This document shows positions 1 to 12,200 of a stretch of 64,000 nucleotides of DNA, one piece after another. Position numbers and translations under genes: made by a program. Source of the stretch: Ascidiella aspersa (Eukaryota); the NCBI GenBank assembly GCA_963924565.1, contig OZ004609.1, positions 11,098,001-11,162,000 on the forward strand, in the 5' to 3' direction. Under the pieces are notes generated by a model. The model was not told the DNA's origin, did not search any database, and saw only the letters and a list, made by a program, of their open reading frames with translations. Every line of letters begins with the position of its first letter. Within the stretch, counting starts at the first letter, position 1.

Positions 1-75
1 ATTTGAACCTTTAAATTACTAGCTTATTTTATTGTTCAGATATCACACATTGGCGTATGTTGGGTTACTTAAAGG

Positions 76-211
76 CTAGGTAAACAGCATACCAGTTGAC
101 ATATCTCCAGATTCGAAATATTCTGGGTTGTGAAGATTGTTTTGATTTCGATTATAACTTGCAACAGTTGCAGAATACTTTGGTGCCTTGCTTGTAGTTT
201 CGTTACCATTT
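76..211 (-). CDS. probable last MET-like exon (NPEY motif)
   Basis: TGTTTCAG acceptor; ...[21 protein letters not shown]; AATAAA on minus at 28-33. A donor at 92 could extend the gene beyond the window. Confidence 0.55.
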
Positions 212-3200
212 CTGAAACAGATTTTGACAGTGATGTTTTCTTGTATTAAACTGTATTTTTTTGTTATCCCAATCGTTAAATAATCATCCTTGCAGAATCG
301 ATATACACTACTTCTACAGTTAATTGTATAATAATTGCTCTTTAATTACGTACTGAACAGTGGGTGCACAGATAAAAAAACTTCAGAGATGATATATTTA
401 TTTTGAAATTTTTTCAAAAAATGTGACATATGCCGTAGAACACAAACCTTTGCAAAAGTGGCAGTTCATCATGTTTTTCAATGGATTGCTGTGGTAGTAA
501 ATATCCATCTTCATCAAGGCTTTCGGTTTGATTTAAATGAGGATGGTTGCGAAGTTTGGCGATAGGCGGTTTGGCACTCTTAGCTTTGTTGGTTGGATCT
601 TTTCGAATGGATTGAGATGGAAGCAGGTATCCTTCTTCATCTACGTAAACCAAACCACCATTTTATCATAAATATATAATTCAAAATATTTTATGTTTCT
701 TGGTGTGGGTATTGATTCCCTGTTGATGAGACATACAAGGCCTGAAACCATGTTCTGGACTTATAATGTTTAGGACACTGTGTTAAATTATTTTCAGTTG
801 ACGTAGTCCGGCAAACTTCTACCATTACAAATCTACTTAAGATTACATTTTATATTTAAAAAAATATCAAAATAACAAATGAAATTGTGAGTTGCATATA
901 TTGATTTTACTACCATCTAATTATTAAGATTGCTTGGCCCAGTGAAACAACCTTATACCATATTAGGTTTATTATGAGAAAAATAGACGAAAACAACTAA
1001 ATTTGGGCTGAATGCAGTATGCAACAACTATTACATTCATGTAACGCTCAATAAACCTCTTTTTTCGTTAGTAATCAAATTTTATGCACAATATGAAGAG
1101 CTTAGCCCGGGATGTAATGTATATACAAAATAGACTGACCTGTTGCACTGTCCATGGAGTTGTGAATGGATTGATTAGATGAGTTATGGGCTGAAGAACG
1201 GTCGGCAACAGATGCTGCAAATTATAAATCATTTTCATTCAAAGATGGTACTTTGATAATCTTAAAGATTAGTCAATAATTAATTGACAGTGCAATCGTG
1301 AGCATGGCCTATCCAAAACTTATATTTGTCCTATTGTAGCTGGATTTTAAGAGGGACATTTTAGATAACAACACAGAAAAGAGTGTCTAAATATGATGCC
1401 AGAGGCACATCAACCCATCGAACCATTGTTCGCCTGGAAGTTCATTTAACTGTTTATTAATTCATGATGTAATTAATGCCTGAATTAGAAACCCCTGCTT
1501 TATGTTCATTACTGTATCACAAATTACTTTGAGGGTTACCATAAATTTTACATAGAAGCAGGTTTTTATCATTGGCTAGTGTTTAAGTTTAACAATTTAC
1601 ACAGTTGTCAAAAACTTGTACTATATGCCTACATCTACCCAAAATTTTCTGTTTTCACATATTTATAGATATAAAATTTCAAGGTAAAAATCGTTATTAT
1701 GATAATTTGTGTATCACATATATTTCTCTATGTTACTGCTTAGAATGGTAACAAAGTATGGTGTTTTCGAATATTTTCCAAAAAAATATGTATTTCAATT
1801 AAAGGGTGTCTCTTGGTAGTTGGCATCTTATTATTGAATAATACTATTAAGGAGCAATCATTCGGGTTTACGTGGATAATGCAAGATGACATCCGGTGAG
1901 TTTTGATCGAAAGACATTCCCTTGTTTCTAGGAGGCGGAACTGGTGAGCTGGACTCTCCATTGAAACTTGCTTTCTGCACTGGGGTTAAAGGCCCTGGAA
2001 ACATAACAATGTATTTAGGCTGACAAAGACATGCATAACACAAATAGATGGTGGCTTGTAAAAAACATGAGAAAATAGTTTTTAATAGTGAGAAAATATG
2101 GGTGTAATATTATTTAACATTAGGTGAATGTAGTAAACATGTATTTTAGGACAAAAAACAAACCAAGGCACCAGGAGAAATCTTACTGCAATTTCTAACC
2201 TGGGTGTAATGATATTCAACATTTATTTAATGCAGTAATGCATTTTAGGACAAAAACAAATCAAAGCACCCCTTTAAAAGAAGAAATGATCATGCAAACA
2301 ATCCAATATTCATCTTCCTTCAAATAAATTATCAATAGTTTTGATTCTAACATACCAAACTAAAATAAACAACACTTAACTTTACAATTTAAATTTCTTA
2401 CACGTACAAAAACACGAAACCGATAAGTTTTACTAGTTTTGAATAAAAAGATAGCTAGGCAGTTCATGCTTTTATTGTAAGCCCAGTTACCTGGAGTAAA
2501 AACTGCTGCAAACGAGCCACCAGTACTTCTGCTTTCCGACGAGCGAACCAGAGAGGGGTAGGGGTGCAAATCACTCACATTGACATAACTCACATCAATT
2601 GCTGTACACAAAGATGGATACAAAAGGGACATACAAACAACTGACATATCATTACAGTTATATTTACAAAAAAGCGAACATAAAGTTAAAGTTATGAGAT
2701 GCAATGCCAACTACGAAACAAGAAGATGTAACAGACAATTTAGCCACATGCTTATTATATTCAATGCTAAAGATGGCAAAACTGAAAATAAAACATACAA
2801 GGATAATGGACACCATGGATGCTGCTGTGAATGACTTCGATTTCTTCAACCAGCTGCTTAAATTCCGGTCGAGAGTCTTCGTTTGGATGCCAGCAAGACA
2901 TCATGATTTTGTAGAGAGCATTCGGACAATACTGAGGCTGCCGCAATCTGCGACCCTCTAACAGGTAACTGCACAATAAAGCATTTTTTAATAGGAATTT
3001 TTTATCGAATAGAGAAATTCTCATCTTTTGTTTGCAGTCTACTTAATTCAATGGACATGTATATGTGATAGATATATATTACCTACAGGCACTGTAGGCA
3101 GTTTATGAAATGTTTGTCTTTACGCACCAAAGAACAATATACACTGTAAGCCCAAGTTTGTTTACACTGGCTTATCACACACTGTCAATTTTACTGCCAC

Positions 3201-6200
3201 GCAAATCTGATTTGGTTGAAACATTACAACTGCATAATATAGTCTTGGGTCGTAAACTAAGATACTTGCCAATGTCCCTAGGGCCCTTTGCCTTTCAAGA
3301 AGTATATTAATAAATAATAACCTTTGTTCTTGGGCGTTTTATGGTCCCTTAAGTGTAGTCACATTATGCTACAAGCATGCAGCATAATAAAACCAAATAA
3401 GCTTCCAAAGAAAATATTATTGGATGAAGTTAACCACTAGGCTCACCTATTATTATCCATACAAAGATATTTTATTATAGATTTTAAAATATCTGGCAGT
3501 GCTTTGAACTGTTTGGTTTGCTTTCTTAAACATTTTAACCTTTCAAACTTGAAAATGAGTAACCTATAAAAGGGAAGCTTATGAGATTTGGTTCATGAAA
3601 TTGATTAAATAAACCATCTACAAAATAATGACTAATTTATTTACATTTTAAAGCAAATAATATAAATCAATCTGCCAAGATCAATTGTGGTATAAAGGGT
3701 CGTAACTGACTCTATGGTTGGTAGAATGGACAAAAAATTTTTGTCCCCTAGGTTTTTAACCATCGATGATGCTATTGTGGTGGCATTTTTAGTTTCTCAG
3801 TCTAAACAAAGAATATAATACCATTTGGTCAGAACAACTTGTGAGTGATTTTTACAATCTGAGAAGCATAGGCTGTGCTAAATAATATAAAAATTAGGAC
3901 AAAATTATTTGCCATTCAAATTTTTAGGAAATAAATAGCGATTTAAATAAATTGATTGTGAATAATTAAATGTAATTGTACTTTAAATTTTGGTTTCAAC
4001 ATAATTCGGCAATAGAAATTATAATCTAATTTTAAAAAGCTAAAATAAATCTAGTTGTCTGCTCTAATATTCTGAGACCAATCACATATGTAACAACGAA
4101 ATTAATTCTTCCAAGAACAAACAAATGTTCTTGTTCTTACTTTAAAACATTGAAGGCGTCCACATCAGGGTATGGAGTAACACCTCTGGTAACCAGCTCC
4201 CACATTAGGATGGCAAAAGACCAGACATCAGTCTTGGTAGTGAACTTTTGCTGTTGTAAGCTTTCAAGGGCCATCCATTTCACAGGCATGCGGCCACCAT
4301 TTTCATGAGGCCTATAGTACTCCTTCTCATAAACATCTCTCGCCAGGCCAAAGTCCGCAACCTAAAAGGTTTGAACGATAACATATAACAACTTTAACTG
4401 AAATAAAATTTCATCATAAAATGCATACTTGGGTCTTGGGTACACTATGCACAGATGTGTAAAGCAGCTTGATAATGAATTGCAATGCCAAAAAGGTTGA
4501 ATATATCGACACCATCTTGATTAGGACATTTTGTTACGAGCTTGTATCATCTTCAATTAAGGTGAAACATCTTAATCAAGATAATGGCAATCTACCGGAC
4601 CTTTTTGGCTTTGCAATTCATTATCAAAATGCATATAAGATCTCGCCTTGTTGGGAATAAAAAGATTAAATCAATAAAAAACTTGCCAATGGCATTATAG
4701 CTATTAAAATGTCAACAAAATTGGCACCTAGGTGGTTTTAAACGGTCCTTGATGGCTTACATTTAGGACATTTAACTGGTAGTTAAGTGACAAAATATGC
4801 CTTATCTTTGACAGAAAATCGAAAGTTAATATAATTAAAAATTAGGCCAAATGAAACAAATCTAAAGTGGTATGAAAAAAAAACACAACATAAAAAACCT
4901 TACAAAAAATGAATATGAGGTACATAACAAAACATAGCCAAAACCGTTTTTAGGTTTTAAGAAAAAATAATAGTTACACACTTTTACAGTGTTTGTTTCA
5001 TCTAACATGCAGTTTCTAGCTGCCAAGTCCCTGTGGACGAATCGTTGAGATGAAAGGTATTCCATGCCTTTGCATGCTTGTAATCCGAATCCAACCAAGT
5101 CTTTTACAGTTGGTCTGTACATTTAAAATTAGGATGTCTGAAAGCTAACAAAAATTTGAACAAACAAATAAAAACACACACAACATGCAAAATTTAAACT
5201 AAAAACATTATTACATGAGTTCCTACTTGGTAAGTATAAATAAAAGTTGAACTAAAGGAAAAATATGGTAACATGTAAATGGTGTAAATCAGGGGCGTGC
5301 AACCTGCGGCCAGCGGAACCAAAATATGTGGCCCGCGGGTGCTTTAGTTTTTGGCCCGCACAACTCAAATTTCAGGTGTTAAAATATTGAAACTTCCTGA
5401 CTGTTTCCTAGTCTAGGTAGCCTTATATAGCATGTAAATTTTTAGTTTATTAGAATTAGAATAGAATGTGACCTGCTAACAAAATAAAACTACAAAATGT
5501 GTTTTGGATGCCATTGCGGAAAGTGTACAACTTTGTGTGAAAGTGAATTGCACTGAGCTCTGCGTGTTTTTTGTTCTTGAAATGCTTTCGAATAGCTACT
5601 TATGGCCATGTAAAGAAAGCATATTAAAAATGTCCGTTTAACCATGTTCGCTCATTTAAAATGTAATTGTTTTATATTCAATTTCAATGTTCATGTGAGT
5701 TGTAAAAAAAAGAAACAATTTCTCTCTGCGCAGCTAAAAAATGAGTTTTTTACCGCGAACATCTTGATCTAAATAAGTTTCCACAGCTGAGGAAATTTGT
5801 CGCTTTTAAGGTGGCATTGTTCGGTTCAACGTACGTGTGTAAGCAATTTTTTTGTCGTAGTCACTAACACAGTGGTAGGCCAACTGTGGACCGCGAGTTA
5901 TATTTTAATAGCTTGGTGTTATCATGACTTTATTTTAACAATTGGTATGGCATATAATGTTTGAAATTGGCTCAGCTTGGAAAGACCCACGTGCCAAATG
6001 TGGCCTTGTGAGCCTGTAAAACTATATTTTTTGCCAACTTTAACTCTATGTAAACGCAAACTTTTCATAATTTTTATATTATAGCCTGAATGCGCCACTG
6101 TTTTCGTAGTGGTTTTACGTAGTGAGCCTTTAAGTAGCTCTGAAAAGACTACTTTGGGCCGCAACAAAAAGTTGGCCGACCACTGCACTAACAGGTAGAC

Positions 6201-9200
6201 GACGAGATATGCAAGTGGCCCGTGGTCTAATCCGAATACACATATTTGGCCAGGCAGTATGAAAGGTTGCACGCCCCTGTTGTAAATAATAAATAAAATA
6301 CATTAAAACATCTTACTCACAGTAAAACAGCATATCTTTTTATTAAAAAAAAATTAAAAGACAAACATAGTAAAAACATTTCTTTTAGATTTTACAAGAT
6401 AAACTTAATGAATGAAGTACCTAATTTTTAAAGTGTTTATTTCCTTTAAAAGTTATCATGAAAGTAAATAAAATATGATGTGATTAAAACCAAATTCAAA
6501 GAATTTTATTACATGTATTACAAACAAAAGATTTTTTGTTTAAAAATTATTGTTGTTGAGAAGAGAAATAAAAAAATCATAACAATGAATGGCAAGGTAT
6601 ATCACATGTTCATAAGTTGTGTGTCATTAAATCAACAAAGCCTTTTTGTTAGAAAGCCTGTACAATCTGCCAGTCTGCTACATTTTGTGTGTTCACTCCC
6701 ACTTACTCATTGGTTGGTTCCCTCACAAAATTAAGCAAATCGCCGTGCTTCATGTAAGGTAAAACAACCATTGGAGGCTCTTGTCCATCCATACAAATCC
6801 CAATAAGGGTAAGCACATTTGTGTGTCCAAACTGGCTCATCATTAGACCTAAATTATGCATAAATACATTTAAAAGCACAGAAATCCCTTCATTATTTAC
6901 CATGTCCAGCAGATTGGCCTTAGCCAAACTTGTGAAGGTATAAATTTTAATTTTAATCTAAAATAAGGTTTTGCAGGTATTTTCTTAAAGCTGTTGAACT
7001 CTAGATGTAATTTTCATAAAACAGGCAATGGATTTTTATAAAATGCAATTTTTTATGAAACGCAATAAATACAACATTTAGATATCAGATATCCTTAGTT
7101 GATAAAACTTTCATTGTTATAGTTGCAGAAAACGATTTACACACAATGCAAACATTATTAGATGTAGTAGGAATACGCTTTCAGATGCTTCAGAAAAAAA
7201 TGATTCATTAACATAGTTAAATAGGAAAAAAAATGGGAATTATCTTTTGCCTTATTTTGAAAAAAAGAGACACAGGTCGGATGATATATATTGGAGTGCC
7301 AGAGTAAACCAACATTACATATTATTATTGCTGGCCTGATATAAATATTGACTACTTCTTGTGTAACCAAAGAGCCAAAGGCACCATAAGATAAAAGCGA
7401 TTTTTCAGCAAAGTTTAAAAAAGGCTTTATTCAGTAAAAGATGTTACTGTAGTGCATTATATTATTCCCTGGATGTTAGTGTAGTGTGCTATATGCCATG
7501 CAAGCACTGCCAAAATGAAAATTGTAAAAGTGTGTTATTCCCATTTCACACCTTCTCTGAGGAAATGTGCCACAGAATCCCTGTTTTCAATCCTTGACAA
7601 CGTTTTTACAGCAACTTTTGTCTCAATAGGTGAACTGCCCTCATTCGATGCCTTGTATATTCCATGATAAACAGTGCCAAAATGTCCCTTTCCTGATAAA
7701 GACAAAAACTGTTTTGAAAACAAGAATTTTAAATTTACATTGTTATTTGTAAGTCAATGGAAAATTAAAGTATAGATATATATAAATATTAGGGTTGTTC
7801 AAAAAAACACTTTTTTGTCAAATATCAGTGGGGACCCCCTGGAATTGTTAGGTTGCGTCTAAAAACCCCACAAACCAAATCTGAGCACGTTTGGTTCAGT
7901 ATTGACCGTGCTACGTCTATTTAAAAATTCAGGTTTGGGCTAAAATTAAAAAAAATATAAGGTGCAAACCTGTAACAATTACAACTTCCTATTGTCTACT
8001 ATAATAGTACAATATGTTTGGCATGGCTAACCAATTATTTGATCTTTGTCCACCAGAAGTTTATCAGGTGATATCATGACAGCCTGCACCTCAATCAGCA
8101 ACTCATCTGTAACTAGTGAAGCGGGTTGAAGTAAAAGATGTTGATCTGCGCCGCCACTGGACACAAAAAACTTGAATTACTTTATATCAACAAATTATAC
8201 AGATACTTTCATTCAAATATTTAGTTGAATATAACCTTTAATAGCTACCGCAAAACAAATTTTACACTGACAAAACAGTTAAGTCTATCTGTTCAGAATG
8301 TGGAGCGGTAAATGTTTAGTTCAAAGTTATAAAAATGTTAACGAAGCTAAATAATTTTGGTTTTATTTTTAAGTGACAAAGCCTATAGTTAAACATATAT
8401 ACATATTAAACAAATTAAATCAACTGTTTCAATTTCTGTTTAGGTATAGACACAACTTACAATGCGCTGTAACGTGATTCTTCGTTGTTAGGGTCAGCAT
8501 GAAACACCACTGTTGCATCTGTGGAAGGTTTTCGCTTATTTTTTTTGATGATGCACACCAAGGCAACAATAAATACAACAAGCACCTGAAAGTAGGAATA
8601 TGTTTTTGTTGTTATTGTATGTAAATTTATGCAGTATTACAGGTTAACTTTGAGATTTTCTAAATGAAGAATCGAAATTTCAGCTCAATAGTAGACATTA
8701 ATGCTTTACGGATGTGGTTTTATGTGGCGAGTTTTCCTCTGCTAACAAGTATAATATAACCCAAATTGAAGTTACTTCTATATTGTTAATATTTTAACCT
8801 AATAACTTAAGCTTGTTTCAACAACCAATTAAACACAGAAATATTTTATTACCACTGCTACTATTGGTGCTACAATGGCGGCAGTTGAAGTAGGCTCAGA
8901 AATATCAATGGATCCAAGTTCTTGAACAAACACTGTACCCAAAAACACTGTCACATTAAACACGGTTCCAAGGGCTTCAAGGTCATTAAACGGAACTGAA
9001 ATATAATTTACAAGATTACAAATCAGTTTATAAAAAGCAAAATGGATAAAAGGAATACTTACTGTGGCAGTAAAGAACGTCGTTCGGAAACATTTTTTTT
9101 ATGTCACAATCAGTGCAGGTGTATGAATTTCCGAGACGAACAACATAATCACTTTTGATACATCCTTGAGAAAGATCTGAACCTACAAAAAGAGGGATAT

Positions 9201-12200
9201 AGTTTACAGCTCAATCCCACTTGTACTTTAGCAAACTTGTCTAATCATCTCTACACCACTGTACAGTACTATAGATTTCCCCATTTCAAATATCTACATC
9301 TTGGTACATATGACTTTGCTATATGAGTGTGCAAATTGCGAAGTAGGTTGACTCAACACTTACTAACCAGCATCGCTGTTAAGTTGAACAATAAATTTGT
9401 CCACTAAAAAGTGATTATGTGTTCAAAATACAGTTTCTTTTGAACCGATTTGTTCAAATATAAATAGCATAAATCTAAACATATATAGTCAAGCGGGGTA
9501 AAAAAAAACAATTTTAGCTAACTTTTGTTTTTCGCAACAGAAGTGTAATTTTTCATTCTTATTGAGCTGATGGGTCTACCTTCCCAATCACATAAAGAAT
9601 TTTTAATTTTATTATGAAATAAAAAAATTATTTTACAAAATCTGTTTTTTTTTTTACCCTGATGAAAGGGCAAAGAAAAACAATGCCGGGGTAAAAAAAA
9701 AACAAGTGTACATTAGGACCATTTATAATAATTTAGCAGGTTTGACTTTATTTGAAGTAAATAGACCAAAAATGCTCTTTTAAAGCCACAACAACACACA
9801 AATTTCATGAACACCTTTATTGTAAAGAGAATTTAAGTAAAAAAAATTTTTTATGATTACATTATGGTACCTGAATTTGCACCTGTTTAAAATCTTTTTA
9901 GCAACTAATTTCTCCCTGGTAAACTAAAACTGTGCCATTCCACAGTTAGCACTGGTCATCAGTGGTATTTCTTGGCCCCAGAAGAAGTAAATTACCTCAA
10001 CAACATGAGTTTTTAGATTTGTGGGCCAGTTCGAGGACAACCTGGAATTATTAGATTTTTCTTCTTTTTTTGGAAAAAAATTGCTAAGTTGGCTTTATTT
10101 TATCCTAATCATTACAAAAAACGTTCATATTTTCCCCCTATGTTATGGGACAAGTCTAAATTGCTCAAGTCTACCTCTGTGATCTGCACTTGTTTAGGTT
10201 CTGGGCCACTTGTTATATTTTATAAAAATAAGTTTTCTACTTTTTCTACTAAGGTAAATTTATAGAAGTTTAACATCTCAAGGTAATTACTTCCTACTGT
10301 TAAGGCAAATTTTGATCAATTAACCTGAAGAAAATAACTCTAGAAGTTTGAATTTATTCTATTTTGCCTGTTTGAGCATAATAATACCTTCATGTGGTAT
10401 TGATTTGGATCGCGATACACTTAGTTAAAAATATCGGGTATCGCATCGGTATCAGAATAATTTTTTTTCAAGTCCCTATTCGTGACTGATTAATTTCATC
10501 AAATGTTTCACTTTCTCTGGCACTTATATTATTCATTCATTTTGGTGTATAGCTTTAAATTTTTATGAAGCTTTGGTATTGGACCATTGGTACATATTTG
10601 CTAGGCATATTTAGTTTACTTTTTAAACCTAAAAATTACAAAAAAAAATTATGGGGTAAAAAAAATTACATTGCGGGAATAAAAAACACTGTTTTTTTTA
10701 CCCAGTTCCCATAGAATCGATCGGGGTAAAAAACAACAACAAAATATCTAAAAAAATAAAACAGCTAGGAAAATAAGGTATTTTTTGTTTAACAGATCTA
10801 TGTTATGACACAACACAGAATAAAGGCCGTTGCCACAAACTTGGTTGTATACGAATTACACAAACGTTTCTAATGGTCTTACAAACCTTTTTAAGATACG
10901 TATTTAACAACTGTTGTTTAAAGGCATAACTTTACTCAGAGAACAAAATTTAGGATGCTTGAGGGGTAATTGGTTAGGCCAAGAAACTAATTTTTACCTT
11001 AAAAAAGAAATTATATATACATTAGGTGTGATGGCATTGTTTTTTTTACCCCAACTTTAGCAAAAATTTTTTTACCTCAAGTGACTATACATGTACATAA
11101 GTTTTGTTTGATTAAAAGTCTGGCTATACATTCACACAAGAAGTATTACCAAACCTGTAATATTTAAAGTAAAGTTTCCATTTCTTTTTGTCCAGCTGCT
11201 ACCTTGCTGGACTTTATCAAGTTTGGGATTTGGCACTATTTTAAAGGGGATAATTTCTTTGATTCCATCCAAGACAAAATTGAGTTCACCAGAAGACTGC
11301 CTCACTGTCTCTTTAAATAAGAATTTTGTCAGTATATAAACATGATTTAAAGAATAGGCTACTTAAAAGCAGATAAATATATTTGTTTCCCAAAACAACA
11401 TATTCACTTATAATGTGAAGTTGTGATTGATTACTGACCCATTGGTGGCACACTAAAAAATAAGGTATCCCCAGATATATCAGGAGTGCATTTGATTTTA
11501 AAGGCAAGATTCCCAATTGTTAGATTAACATAGGGATTAGATACAGAATTGAAGTTTCCACCGCTGACCCTTCTAGTTACTCCTCCACTGAAACACAAGG
11601 AAAACACCATCTATTTTATCGTGGTAGGTAACTTAAAACAAACAACAAATTATGGAAAAAATTTGTCAAAGAAGTTTGGTAACCATTGTCAAATTAAAAA
11701 AAATTTTTGCTCCTACCTTTTTATACATTTCACTTGACGTCTCCCGCTAAACCAGGGGTCTTCAAGGTAGTAAAATTTTGAGGATGCATTGAGGTGTGCA
11801 CCATCAACAGAAATGACAACTTGTTCTTTTTCTGGATTGAGGTGAGTTTCCAATTCCAACGGAGATGTGGTACAATGGATTTTGTCACTAGAGATGGAAA
11901 ATATCTTGCAAATAGAACCTGAAACATTAACAACAGCTTCGGAGCCAACATTCAAATTTTCACCCAAAACTGTAAGATTTGTTCCACCACTTTTCGGCCC
12001 GAATGTTGGAGAAAATGACCTTATTGAAGTTTGAACAAATGTGAAATTGGATTGGGATGTGTCAGTGCCATTTATGCTGTAAAGGTCGTTGAAGTATTGG
12101 GGCAACCTGGTCGGAGTAAATGAGTGAACAGATATTTGAAGAGGGGCAGATACAGGAGGATTTTTAAAATATTTAGAACTTTGGTTCACTGAAGTTGTTA

